Assembly: GCA_002633005.1 (NCBI GenBank)
Contig: NMRA01000099.1
Coordinates: 885,633 to 949,632 of the forward strand
DNA from: Phoronis australis
Lineage: Eukaryota > Animalia > Phoronida
Length of the DNA: 64,000 bases
Direction: 5' to 3'
A program made the position numbers and the translations under genes. Numbering within the stretch: position 1 is the stretch's first letter; every line of letters starts with the position of its first letter. The notes beneath the pieces were generated by a model. That model did no database searches. It saw only the letters and a list, made by a program, of their open reading frames with translations, and was not told where the DNA came from. Below are positions 38,101 to 51,109 of this stretch, piece by piece.

Positions 38101-41100
38101 AAGATGTACTTTTTGGTCTTAAAACCGATTGTACGCTGCAACATATTTGAAAAACATTCTTTTGGTCCATGTTTCGTGATGGGACCTTCGTTTTCTCTAT
38201 ACGACGAATTAGCATTACTAATTACACATGACAAAAACATGGACCACCGCTGTCTTAATTCATTCGAGTTTGAACATTTCTAGTACGACTTAACGTAATT
38301 GCGTGTGTCTTGTAATTCTTGGCCTCAAGCAGTTCTTTCGAAGTTCTGACATCACGTTTAATTTGACTAAGGAACAGCTTGAGGCCAATTCCTTAACGAT
38401 AAACGGTCTAAACCAAAAGTTGTTCCTTGTGATGGAAGGCGGGTTTCTAACCGTAAAGGTCTCGATATGTGGCCAACGGGGGTGAGTTCACCTAAACACG
38501 GGTGACCAGTTTTTAGTATTCTCAAGGGTAGCGAAACGATCCATTGGCCGGAAATCAAAGAATAGTTCGGTGACACTTTTACGAGTCAACAGTCGCCGAG
38601 TTTGTACTCCAGTCAACATGGCTGTTGAACTAGAAGTTCCAGTTCGTCCTTTTCCATGTTAGACCTAGGGAGTTGGTCTCGGGCCAAAGGTATACGCAAA
38701 CAAAATCTAGCGATCATATTTATAGTTCCGGCCACTGCATTGCTTCGCTATCCCTGTGCTGTCACCTTTCTGAGTTGTCCTGTATTTTTGGTCATATAAG
38801 TGCCACGCCTTAGCGTGCGACTTTAAGACATTGTGGGCCGCTTTATAAGGACTCACACCAGGGTCGGCAATACCAGGGGCATGGACCGCAACGCCATAGC
38901 CCAGCCACGTGAACACGAAAGGTTCGTTGAAGGTCAGCCAAAGTTTTACCTAAGAAAACAAGACATATTAATAGGCATAGTCATGTGGAAGGTTTATTAG
39001 TATTTTGTGAAACTGATTTCTTTTTTTTAAGCATGATTTGTTCTTTCAAGCGTGGCATTCAGGTCTTAGCTGGAAACATTTTACGGCAAAATTTGAAGAA
39101 ATAAGCGTAACTAAACTCGTCACAATGACATGTGGATATTAGTTTCTTTCTAGTTATTTCAGTGACAAAATCATCGAAGTGCAAGAAAGACAATACATTC
39201 TGCAGCTTACGTTGTCTCCGAGCTCCCGGTAACACACGTCCGCGTAGTCCCGGAAATGGTTAACAATGGTCTCATTTGTCCAACCGCCTACGTCCTGTAG
39301 CGCCTGAGGGAGGTCCCAGTGATACAACGTTACCATAGGCTCGATGTCATTACTCTTTAGCTCTGCTGCGAGCGCCTTGTAGAAGTTCATTCCTTCTTGG
39401 TTATAGGACTTTTTAGTTCCGTCGGGAAACACTCGTGGCCATGAGATGGAGAAACGGTAGTGATCCACCTTTGAATGCATTGAAATACACAAACAGCTAA
39501 GAAGTTGGCTTCTCATGGCTGTTCCATTTAGACATCGAGTGTGATTTCATACAACAACCAGTAGTCGGTTCTTTCCGAGCATTAATGTCACAATTATAGG
39601 AGTAAGGAACAAAGTGAGATCAGTTTCATGGAAAAAGTGGTCTAAATCAAAAGTTATTTTCTTTGATGGAAGGCAGGACTACGAACACAATTCCTTAAAA
39701 TAAGGATTGAATTGTTACATTACGAAGCTGGAAACGCGAACAGTATGACCAAAGTTAATCTTGACATGCATAACGAAAGAGGCAACTATCGAGGTACCGG
39801 TACTTTGTAAAATAAACAATCTTCGTTTGGACAATGGCTTTGGAATTTGGATTCTGTTAACAATAGCTTCAGTTACATTTCTAAAATATTCACACCATTT
39901 TCACCCCCTGTCACGCACTCCAAGTTGGAATCGAACACACTTGGTGTATCAACGAACACAGGATTCGAACTTTTGTATCACAAACTATTATTTATCTATG
40001 ATGAAACTACCACTTTTCAACTATTCATACTTTTTAGTAAATTCATTATCATCATGGGTCATTATCGTCGTCCTTTATCATTAAATTAATCACAATCATC
40101 ATCAGAACCACTATCATCATCATGATAACTACCACCACCACCCCATCATCATCACCATTATCATCGTAATTATCACCACCGCTACCGTCATCAGAATCGT
40201 CACCGACATCAACATCATCATCACAATTGTTTTCATCACCATCTCTACCATTGTCATCATTTCCATTCCATTGTTATCTTCATCACTTCTATCATCACCA
40301 CCATCGTTATCGTCATCACTTAGCATTTATCATCATCATTATCGTCATCATCATCACTGCCACCACCGTCAGCTCATCATCACCACAATTTCCGTTGTCA
40401 CATTAATCACCACCACCGTCTCATCCCCACTGTCATCTTCGTCATCATAAACATCACCATCGTCAATAATAACTCACTCCCATCTCTTTGGAAAGAGCAA
40501 CATCTTCCTTGTATTTATGAAAACTGTCACACGCTATGTCACCCGTGCTGTTATCAGCTATCCTGTGTGGAATCTGGTGCGTGAATTCATCCCAGATACC
40601 AAAACCTTTACCTGGAAAGGAAAAAGGGCTCGATTAACCACTCATTTCGATGAATCCGGTCAGGGCGATTAGATTTAAAGGTTCCACGCAATAGACAAAA
40701 TTCCTTTTAAACACGTGAAATACGTGTATTAGTGGTCAACTTTAGCGTGCTGTTTTTTCGTATTTTCCACAGGGTACTCTAATTAACCCGCCTCATCACG
40801 AGCCCTATTTAACACCGAAAAAAAATTAGGTGGCATCATACAGGTCGATTGGTAGCGACCTACATGGGCGAATTTCGTTGACAAAGAAGGAAGAGAGTGT
40901 TGACTGACTTAAGTAACAACTTCTATGGGATCAAAGAATTTCTACATGACCCGTCACAGAATTTTCTGAAACTTTACCGATTGATTCATATCCACCTCAA
41001 ACTACACCAATCCCCATAATACACTCATTGACCTCTCTGTCTATTTTTATAACACCTGAAATGGTTACATGAACAATGCAACACGTGTGAATTAGAGACT

Positions 41101-44100
41101 GAAATTCTATGCTGTGCAGGCATGTATAATATTCATCCCCCAGCCCAAAATTATGAAAATGGCCACATGAACAGGTTTTTATCAGTGTCGGAATCTGCAC
41201 AAAAAGTGCAACAGAGCATGTACGATCTACAGGTACTGTGAGTGAGCCAGTTTTTAAGCATGAAATCACCCTGGCTGGAGAGGGCGTGTTTGGTACATTG
41301 CTCGGTGCACGAAAGCTCACTACTTTCGATGAAATATAGGCTCCCTTTGGTTATTGACAGACACACTTGCGATCTAGCAAGGGAAACTGCATTCGATGAC
41401 ATTGCAAGACAGTGGGTGTCTGCCCCATCCGCCATTATGGCGTTTTCGCGTTGCTCCCAACTTGTTCGATTCTATAGCTCAACAACAAGTTGGGAAGTTT
41501 ACCCCTGTAGCCCACAGCTTACATTAATTCTATCCTGGCATTTATGGTTGGAGGGCCAGCTCTCTTTTGTTCGATAATTGCTCTATCTCCCATAAGATCG
41601 TATCTACCCTGACTGGGCTGTGATGTTAAAAATAAAAGTTAAGTTATAATATATTTGAACATAAACCAATAGCATTTCTGAAAATTTCGTCAAATGGTGA
41701 TCATGTTTGGTTTTTGAATCACCAAAATCGCCCAACTGCAACCGAAGTTACGACAATCTATTCCGAATACACCAATTCACTCTGAGTTTGACTGTGTTCA
41801 CACGTGGTCTGAAATAAGCCTGGTAGATAATTGGTCTGCTTGTTGTCATAACAGACAAAAGATTGTGCTTGGCAGTTAACACAGAAGCTAGATGTTATCA
41901 CACGCTCAAAACCTCCTACCTCTGGTAAAGCCACTGAACGGGAAAACGCTGTCATGTCTGCATTTGGAGCATCGGGTTCTTATGAAGAGAGCTGGCCACA
42001 GTCCGTTCTAATGAAACTGTGTCTACTCTAGGTGGTCACTACACATAAGGAAATGGAGCTCTAGCTTTGCTCATGACGTGAAAGTGGTCTTGACGGAAAA
42101 TTTGCAGCCGGGCAAAGAACTGATGTCAAGAGCGTCCCTACAGTCGTGACTAAAGAGATGAATTTAGCAAACAATGGCCAGAAAGAAAACATTTTAAATG
42201 AGATTACTGGCGACCGTAGGCCCATACTCAGGGCTTCTTCTATTGTATGGCTGCCTCCTCTAAAGCTGGCCGTAGGATGGAGACGCGCAAACGGTTGAGG
42301 GAAATTTTTAAGATCCGAACTATTACACGAAGTTCTGGGTTAATACCCAGTCCGTTCTACTCTGGGAAGTCTTGTCGACATCTTTTTCTGTTGGATGATG
42401 GTCGAGGTTTAAAAATCAACAGTTATTTCTTGATGTTGTATGTTCATACAGTTTAATTTGTTCAGCATTTTATATGGTCTGAGTTTATTCTGCTGTGAAA
42501 AGAAGGAAAGACAGGCAACATACCTGTACTATTTAATCGATATTACTGTAAGAGTTGAAATTTACAAAAGCACCTTTTTCGCTCAAGCCCAAGGGATGGA
42601 AGCTTCAGATAACGACAAAATGCTCATCACATATCATATATGTGACGGGACAGTAGGAACTGTGTGTCAGAATAAATACTGATTAAGTAATTAGTAAGAA
42701 TAGATCCATTTTAGTTGCCCAAAATTTGTGCATATGTACTTTCAAATCATGGGGTCAGACTTGTTGACATGTACTTTAACGTCAAAATCTATTTTTAGAT
42801 GGTGTTTACAACTTTGGGTTCTGGGGTCAAAGTACTCTAGAGATTCTAGAAAATTCTGAGAACAAATTGTAACAGCCAATAATATGATTGGATATGATCA
42901 TGTGGTTTTTATTAGTCAATCACTAAATAAGTAGAATGTTATATTATGGACTGAAATCAACAAGATAATCATGCGCTATAGTAGTTGAAGCATAAAGTCT
43001 TGCTACAGTGTACAGAGGAAATTGTACGACAGAGCCATCTCGTGGAAGATTCTAGAAAGGATCTTGGCTAGGGCAAGGGTTAACGAACAGGAAGTTAACT
43101 AAGATACTACCTGAAGTATTGCGTCAACTGCCAGAGACTGTGACCAGCAAGAAGAATCGCGGGTAGAAGAAATTGCCTGCAAGCGTTACATCACCTGAGA
43201 CGGTGACCAGCAAGTACACTGTCGCTATACAGCGTGTGTGTGTAGTTCGAAGATTCACCAACAGGACAGACATCCAGCTAGTGGAGAGTCCTAGCTTGGA
43301 TAGCAGATAAGAATTTGATTATTTGTGTTGATTGATTAAAGTAATCTTTAAAGAGGGCGCTAGTGTAGCTACTTTTCTTTGTAGTTGATTACTTAATTAA
43401 CAACAGGTTTCACTTGTCTAATTAGAGGTTATCATATAATAAATTAATTACTGGATTTGATTATTCACTCTCCATCTACGCACAATCTCAAAGCATAGCT
43501 ACCTTTTAAACAAACCCACAGTCAATCGTCTGACACTGTGCGTTCACTGCTATGCTTATATTTAGTTGTTGCGGTTCATTTATCCTTGTGCTACTGCCTT
43601 TGTTGCGTCTCAGTGCGCCTTTGTTATGTGGGCATACAGGCGCATGTGTAACTGAACTGACGATGTTTATTTTCTAAAAAGCCAGTTATACATACTTGAG
43701 AAAAACCAAGGTCATTGGATTTGGTAATTGCATCCTCCAGCATTTTTACATAAGAAATGGGGTTCTGCGAATTGTGAGGTCCCATATAGAAATAGGAGTG
43801 ACAAGTGATTTAGAATCTCGAGGGTCGGTCTCATTTCTAAATCAACCAATAACATTCAAGTACAAACTAGGTCATCTTTTCACAAACAACGACGTCATCT
43901 TGCGACGGTATAATTTAATAACATGGCGTAGACATCAAGGCGTGTGTGCGGAAAATGTCAAGGTTTTTGCATATAGGCACGTTAGAGGCGCACCATAGGG
44001 GGCGGGGGGAGGGAAGGGGTGGACTATAGCCCCCACTTATTTCAGTGCTGCGCAGCCCATGTTTTCTGCCGACTTCTTTCATTAAATGACCTTTTCTGTT

Positions 44101-44980
44101 TTGGTTAGGAGCTGGTACTGTATTTTGCTGAGTCTTTTAGGCCTTGCAACTACCACAGGTACGATTTTAAATTGTAACATTTGGGCAAAATTGTGTTCCA
44201 CGATTTAACAACCTTTTGGAGCGTGTCTGGAAATATTTATTAACAAACAGGTTACGTGTCTAGCCACCATGTGAACCGGACATTAGCCGATTTTCAGTGC
44301 CAGTCTCTCTACGTTCTTGATATCTAACCTAACAGTGATGCCAGAATCAGGTACTTAAAGCTGTTGCCCTTTCACAGTATTGTAAAAAGTCTGCAGTACT
44401 CGTACACTGCTTTTTTGGAGTCTGGATTCCTCTGTGTACAGACTTGCTATAGAAAACCCCACAAAACTGGTACAGTCGTGATGTTCGGTGTTTTAAGCTA
44501 TAAGTAACACTTGCAGTGTCAGTAAAAAAACATTTCAAATGATGTCGCACGTCAAACGTGACTAAAAATTCGAGTTCTCTGGAGACCACTTGTTAACCTA
44601 TTGAACGACGCAACCCATCGCGTACAGATTGCGCACTTGAAACGCTACAGTTTCATATGTCTTGCATGTCAGCTTAACTGTGATGTTGTTGGCTTCCAGT
44701 CTCTTTTGGATAATCGTTTCCAGGCGCATCACGTACATGCGGCCATAGTGTTGCAATGTTGCCTATCGTTCAAAACGTTTAATTTGCTAGGTGAGTAACG
44801 TGATTGTGACCTACCACTCTCGTTCCAAGCACCCTCAATCTGGTAACTAGAAGTGGCTGTTCCCCACATAAAATCCTCGTCAAATGAGTCGTACAGGAAC
44901 CCGTCATTGAATGGATCCGAATAGGCCAGCGTGGTGGAGAGGATGGTAAACGACAGAAAAATATAGAGAACCGTCATCAT
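32155..44980 (-). CDS. Glycoside hydrolase family 1 beta-glucosidase (lactase-phlorizin-hydrolase-like, single domain), signal peptide plus hydrophobic C-tail, 526 aa (GH1-A)
   Basis: Exons 44980-44815, 40611-40478, 39468-39211, 38949-38766, 35060-34821, 34423-34288, 33935-33751, 32432-32155. Phases join and they total 1581 nt. Motifs include [39 protein letters not shown] (acid/base), ITENG (nucleophile) and WSLLDNFEW. Confidence 0.95.
33041..33247. mobile_element. MITE of the CAGTGGCGGATCTA family
   Basis: Termini CAGTGGAAGATCTAC / GTAGATTTGCCTCTG; flanks gtagc/gtaac. Confidence 0.65.
35335..35930. mobile_element. Non-autonomous Mutator-like (MULE) element nested in an older MITE
   Basis: ~90-bp near-perfect TIRs starting GCAGAATGGTGAATGTTGGCC and a perfect 9-bp TSD ctactgaac (35326-35334, 35931-35939). 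Confidence 0.85.
37424..37463. repeat. (CA)/(CG) mixed microsatellite
   Basis: acacacacgcacgcacgcgcgcacgcacacacatacacac. Confidence 0.85.
40040..40465. repeat. Degenerate (ATC/ACC/GTC)n trinucleotide tract
   Basis: About 420 bp of catcat/caccac/cgtcat units ending ~12 nt from the GH1-A exon 2 donor. Confidence 0.9.
42641..43405 (+). mobile_element. Possible solo LTR (left boundary 42641 or 42868)
   Basis: TGT start options, an ...ACA end and ATTAAA near 43335. No TSD found, so the call is tentative. Confidence 0.3.
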
Positions 44981-45127
44981 GAACAATACACCTTTACTTA
45001 GCTCCAGGACTCGCGAGACTTATTACAGTGATTTATCACTGCTTTCGACCGATATCGCAGTGGCGCGACCGGGGGTTCCTTCTTTTTCGGCAAGCGTCAG
45101 GACTGGCATCAGATCTGTATTGCTCAT

Positions 45128-45181
45128 AATGACGACGAGGGCAATGATGATGATGATGATGATGTGATGATGAGGATGATG

Positions 45182-45216
<35 letters not shown>

Positions 45217-45248
45217 GTGATGACAATGACGACGATGATGATGACGAT
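45128..45248. repeat. (GAT)n microsatellite upstream of GH1-A
   Basis: Runs of gatgatgat with gac interruptions. Confidence 0.95.
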
Positions 45249-47140
45249 TTTCGTCTCGACGTGCAGTTGCACATCAAGTTCTGATAAGTTTATGGGATTT
45301 CGAATTTCTTTACGAACTGTAGGAGAATTCACGGCTGCAGAAGGACACATCTTTTGTAGGCTGGTCCTGAATGTGTAACCGTATGCCGTACACTGGAAGA
45401 ACATACGATACCCGGGAAATATATTATATAAAATGAAACGTTTACACAAAATTCGTCTCCCCCGCTCCACTACAGATCTTCGTTGCGCCCGTTTCGGCAC
45501 CGCCTTGGTCCCAGGTAATGCACCGGCCCTCTATTCAGATTCGAGTGTTCCATTTTTTCTCGCGGCCAGTTTTGTACGGGTCTTGGTGACGCCAGTCTGT
45601 TGGCTCAACGGACTGGGTGATTCCAGTCAGTCGGCTTAATTTCACTCCCTCTGGCTTCCGTCGTATATACGTCTTCGGGCCTGTCGCCGCCAAAGTTAAT
45701 GATGTCACAAGCGCATTGTTTTCAAAATGACAACAGGGCTCTCTTTGTTACAAAAGGCGGAGGATTACGAAAAAAAATGGCGTTTGTTAGCCTTTTTTCA
45801 CTTACATGGCTGCAACGAGCAAGGTGGGAATTGGCTGATTTCTACAGATTCTGCATGCACCCCCGCCGGTCGTTAGCTCTACATGTTGACAAAAGTTTCA
45901 CGACGAGGTGACGAGCTGAGCTTCCCGAGTTGTGTGAAGTTTCAGTATCTAACGGAGCTCGACACACCTACCTAGCTGGGAGTTAACGATAATTTTCATA
46001 CAGCTAGGTGGCTTTCTACCTTAGTATGTGCATTTATGATACGACTTTTGTAAATACATTGTATACTTTAGTGTTCACATTTTTTACCATTATGTTACGA
46101 CAGGGTTAAATGTTCTGGAAAGAACAAATATTTTTGCTGCCTGGGGAAAAATCCCGCAGCCGCACACCCTGCCTAAATCTGACAGAAATTCCGATTGAAA
46201 TGTCCCTGTCTCTTGCGATGAACACTTATGTTCACTTGAAGGTGTACCTATTTCCCATCGACATTTCCCGTATACTAGCTGCAACCTGTGCTTAAGCATG
46301 GGTAACGGCTAGTTTAATCTTAAACGACTGGGAGTGGTTTTCGTTTCGTATAATCTACCAGTTCAAATTTATTTTACGTCGTCGGACGTATTACCGAGTT
46401 AGACTTTGCACAACGTAGAAAGAGCCAGGGTGACCCACCTAACGAGAAGCATGTTGTCATGCCGATTAAATATGTGTTGTTGGCTTGTCCGCTAAAAGTG
46501 TTTGAATAGCAAAAAGCAAGCACAGATAACGATTCCTCACATAAGTCCTTATTATCACACCTCTTGTCGTCCTTGTGTCACATAAATGGTTGTCAATTAA
46601 TGGTTAGCGAGATTCATTCCGCAAAACGCCTTTAAAGTCAATAATTTGTTCCGTGTACTTTTGTATCGTATTTTTGCTTCATTTTTTCATGACATAGTTG
46701 GCCAACCGAGACATTCGTGGTTTACATGAATGTAATCCATTTTAGTTTTTCAAATACCCTTGCAGTTATCACGTTCCAATTACCATTTTTCTCGCGAAAA
46801 TACAATATACAAATTTCAACACAATACAATACTGTACCACGGCATACTCTCTTCAGCCTTTTTGAGAAACTTTAGGGAACTCTAAACGACGCGTGTTACT
46901 GTTCAGGAAGTTGTGGCATAAATTGTTGGGGACAGTAGGTATAGTTGAAGGTCAAAGGGCGTAGTGATGACGAGGAGGTGGGGTAAGAATTTGGGACACG
47001 AACTAAGGAGAGAATAGGTGACGACCATGCAGTAGAAATTGAAGACGAGAGGGAAATGTTGGAGAACAATAAGACAAAAGTAAGAAAACACTGCGTTTTC
47101 AATAAATGACTGTTAGCACGGTAGTGTTGAATTGTCTCCG

Positions 47141-47429
47141 CATAGGCGGATTTAGGAGGGGGCAGGAGGCCCGCCCCCTTCTTGGCTGCTGCAAGCAAAA
47201 TGAAACAGCAACAGCGTGAAGCGTGAGGAAATATTGAGTTCAGTAACTAGGACCGGTAGCGGATGAGGGAGGGCGTATTTGTTTTAGTCGACCGATAGGT
47301 TTTCCGAACAGGGGGTCCACATCCCCGGTCCCCGCAACTTTCGGGACCCCTGTGTACATACAATTGCGCTTTGCCCAATTCCCCGAGGCAACATGTTGCC
47401 CCCCATATGGTATCCTAGATCCGCCACTG
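47141..47429. mobile_element. MITE of the CATAGGCGGAT...ATCCGCCACTG family
   Basis: Same termini as 4507-5203 with a different interior; perfect 5-bp flanks ctccg/ctccg. Confidence 0.75.
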
Positions 47430-47864
47430 CTCCGTGCAAAACATCCATAGTAATTCCATCGCAATGAACTTTGTACAATGGGTGGACCTGTGTACTGAAC
47501 TCGAAGCATTGGCCAATACACGAATGGGCGTTTTCTGCCACTTAATTGACGAATCGTTATCAAAGTATAAATACTACTCCGGTGAAACCCATAAAACTTG
47601 CTAAGATAGTCAGACCTTATTTCATGAAACCGATAATAACGGTTGAAATAAGATGCCCTAAAGGAATTTTACTGTAAGACGAGCAGTAACCCGTATCAAA
47701 AATAAAATAATTTTACTTAGCATTACATAATGTAAAAGGTAAATGAAACTGCAGTACGTAACAAAGCATTATTTTATGCAACACTGAAACTTAAACCTAG
47801 ATTTGATAAAGATAGAAATCTTGTCACTGTCTGACGAATGTCATGGTGGTATAAGATCGTTCGG

Positions 47865-48084
47865 ATAAGCATCCTCTTGTTCGGTTAGGTACAAACGTCT
47901 GACATCTCCATTGTTTTATCGTTATCACTGATTATTCATCTCTTTTGTCTAATTTCCGAACAAAAAATCATTCCTATAAGCACCCCATTGTTCGGTAAGG
48001 CACACACGTCAGGCCTCCCTTTGTGTTGTCGTTATCACTGATTATTCATCACTGTTATTTGTCTAGTATATTCCAAACAAAAAA
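47865..48084. repeat. Tandem duplication, two ~110-bp units
   Basis: ATAAGCA...TTGTTCGGT...TCGTTATCACTGATTATTCATC...AACAAAAAA occurs twice. Confidence 0.85.
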
Positions 48085-48184
48085 GCTGGTCAACTCAAGG
48101 CGCTGTGGAATGCAGCTATTGACATCGCAACTTATGAAATACAGTCAACTAGGAAGTTGAGAAATGACGATGTAGGACCCAATG

Positions 48185-48793
48185 CAGTGGCGGATCTAGG
48201 ATATCACAAAGGGGGGCCAACATTTTTGTCTGTAAGCATTTGCGAAAACCACGATTGTAGAAGCGCATAGCACCGAATGGGGTGAGGTCGGGAGTGGGGT
48301 TTGCGTAGGAAAATTTTCTGTTTTTTCCTCTAAAAATCGAGCATTTTCCTTGATTCCTGAAGTATTATCCACAAAAAAAGGCAAAAAAAAACGGAGAACG
48401 TGTTAAACAGGAAAAACTGCAACTACCACAGATTCGAACTCACGACCTGGCGGATAGAGCGCGCGTGCTTTACCACTACACCACCACGATTAACACCAAA
48501 TCAGAAATTAACATTAAAGTCCTTGTTGCAAACTGCCCATGTGGTTCTAGTATCCGAAAATACTTACTACATAAATTCTTATTTTCGACACCCTTTCTTT
48601 ATATTCTTTTCGCCTTTCTTGCCAAAAGCGATTTTTTAACAGTATTTGACCCTTCTCTCTCAGCGTATGATTACCGGTTGTCATCGGTTATTTCCGTACC
48701 CACATTTCCGGCTCATCAGTTCAGNCTGTTTTATTTTTTGCGGCATCCAAGGGGGGGCGGACCTCCTGCCCCCCCCCCCTAAATCCTCCTATG
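48185..48793 (-). mobile_element. MITE with internal tRNA-like segment, inverted copy of 4507-5203
   Basis: CAGTGGCGGATCTAGG...CCTAAATCCTCCTATG; flanks caatg/ccatg. Confidence 0.75.
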
Positions 48794-48853
48794 CCATGTC
48801 GAATGTTTGATGTAACTATAGCCTAAAGTACTTGGACCGCCGCATATTCGTAA

Positions 48854-51109
48854 TAGTCTAGTTGCCAAAAAGTTGACCCTGCAATGTTGTATATTGTAAA
48901 GTTTTCTTTTGGAAATTTCTTAGATGTAGTAAGGAGAAAAAACTTAAACTGGTTGCACTTTGTGCAATTTTGAACATTTTTTATAATTCAAGATGGCAGC
49001 TTCCACCATCTTGAATTTCGCCTAATTTCCTCATTCCGGAAGGATCCTGCAGTGTACCATTTCCAATGTTTTTAGGACGATGAGTCCATTTCTGCTATTA
49101 TTTTATGGATTCAAGGTCAAAGTCACAGTCAACTGAGAGATCCAAGGTCAACTTGAACAGCAGTCTTTTCTACGTTGCTTCTGCTCTTCACCACCTTCTT
49201 TCCACATGACATGTTATCCATGGCAGTATCAAGGTGGCCACACCCACCGAAATTATTCACCCACACGGCCACTTGCACGGCTCTCATTAAAATGCCCTTT
49301 ATAAACCCAAAACCTTTTACTTGTTTGATATACGGTATGCCTGTTCTGGTCGTCAGCTGGTACTGCAGTTTTGTCGTCCAAGTGTGGACAGCTGTGCGCA
49401 GCTTCGCGTACAACTTTCTTGACATTATCGGGAAGGTGCTCCACACACAATAAACTTCGAAAGAACTCTGCCAGCCTGCTAAACTTGGGATAAACCTCTT
49501 GCCAAAAATGTTGGGTACCTTAGTCGAATACTTATATCGCACGTTTGTCGAACTTTTGTCGGAGTTTAAAAACTTAAAAGTTGACGTTGCTGCGTCTAAC
49601 CGTTTATTATTTATTTATGAATGGATTTACGTGCAAATAGTGAAAATTATGACAACGTACTTGGACGCACTCTCGTATTCTAGTCGAAAAGAGTTTCCAC
49701 GTTGTTCGGTTTATTTTGAAACTGTTACACCAACGCAGGTACCGTTAACAATTATGATGACCTGCTACGAAGAAATATATCAACGTCTCCTTGAGACAGT
49801 GTTGTTGTTGAAGGAAGGCACTAAGGCAGAAACATGAGAGACAGCAGTGTTGACTTAAAAAGACAATCTACCGATATAGGTGGTTACTAACCATCTCCAG
49901 GTAAACCATCAGCTCTTCATAAGACTTGGCCCCATTTAAATAGAAAATGAGTAACAACATGGCTGTGATGAGATTGTGTATCTACAGAGCTTCGGTCCTA
50001 GCCTTTCCGTTGACTATACTGAAGCGTATCAGGTTACTACTCCGATGGCCCACTACTTCGAAAATAATCGGCTACTCCGAAGGCCCACTATTCCGTTACT
50101 ACGAAATGTTTTTAATTTTTTTCTGACTCGATCTTCCAAAATTGTCCCCCAATTTCACGAATGGGTTATCAATTTGTTACTTAATAACAAAATATCCACA
50201 CAAAAATTTGGCAAAGATGTCCACTGACTTATTTCTGTTACTGTCTTTTTAGTTAACAACTCTCGTATTGTATCTTCTTTGAAGTTCACTTGACAAGAAA
50301 AAATGTATCATATGTTATAAAATGAAACAAATACGCTCATATTTGGAGGAGGCATGGTTTTTTCGGCGTAGTGGTTTCTTTTCGAAGTAATGTTTTTTTC
50401 GGAGTAGTGTTTTTGGAGTAGTGGGCAGTAACCATACTGGACGCAGATTTATGCCTCCCCCTAAAATTCCCCCAGATTCCGTTGGGCAGTTCGGGAGTGC
50501 CAATGTCTGACGGCAAAATCCTGGCTAATACTCTGCCCTGTCCCCCCCAACTCAAATTCCTGGATTCGCCCCTGGGGCGCACCAGCAATTGCTTAGCTGA
50601 TGAGCATTTCCACGCCAGATGCTTTCTCTAGTGTGCCGATGTAACTCTAATGAAATTCATGAGCAAAAAGTTTGACCCACTAAAGTATACAATAATCAGC
50701 ATTTTTAAAATGTATTTTGAAATGCTTTATGAACAAAGTAAAAAATAATGAGATTACAAACTAAATACCAGAAGGCTGTTAAGCAGTTTTGACCTTTGAC
50801 CTCTGATTTGACCTTAAAATTGACCCTGCATCGATAAAACAACATCATAAATGGACTCCCCATCACAGAAAATGATATAAACAATGTATTACATGACCCT
50901 ATTAGTCATCAAGCTGAAAAAACAGTGGGCCGAAATTCAAAAGGGCGGCATCCGCCTTCTTGAATTGCAAAAAATGCTCAAAGTTACAAAGTGCAATCAA
51001 GCCAATTTTGTTCTCCTGACCATATTTAATAAAATTTAACAAAAAAAAATTTACAATAATCAACATAGCAGGGTTCACTATGGTGTCTATTGGGCCGACA
51101 ACTAGACTA
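48854..51109. mobile_element. Academ-like non-autonomous DNA transposon
   Basis: TAGTCTAGTTG...CAACTAGACTA termini extending into ~150-bp imperfect TIRs, 3-bp flanks taa/caa and a decayed coding-like interior. Confidence 0.65.
50032..50433. mobile_element. MITE with CTACTCCGA subterminal repeats nested in the Academ-like element
   Basis: GGTTACT...AGTAACC ends; CTACTCCGA repeats on the left and TCGGAGTAG-like repeats on the right. Confidence 0.7.

Noticed and set aside
38397-38451. Apparent conserved antisense peptide ([18 protein letters not shown] / [18 protein letters not shown]) in intron 4 of both GH1 paralogs, 45/55 nt identical to 62295-62349
   Set aside because: A third copy lies at ~39633-39678 and a looser one near 1415-1460, so it is better explained as a dispersed repeat than a nested gene. 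A genome-wide copy count would settle it.
45023-45500. Poly-Ser/His/Ile/Met ORFs, and likewise 40129-40326
   Set aside because: Translations of trinucleotide microsatellites.
48420-48490. tRNA gene
   Set aside because: A/B boxes are present but there is no complete cloverleaf, and it lies within a repeat.
50597-50630. CTGATGA followed by a short hairpin (hammerhead candidate); similar case at 48690-48720 minus
   Set aside because: No correctly placed GAAA or stems I/III.
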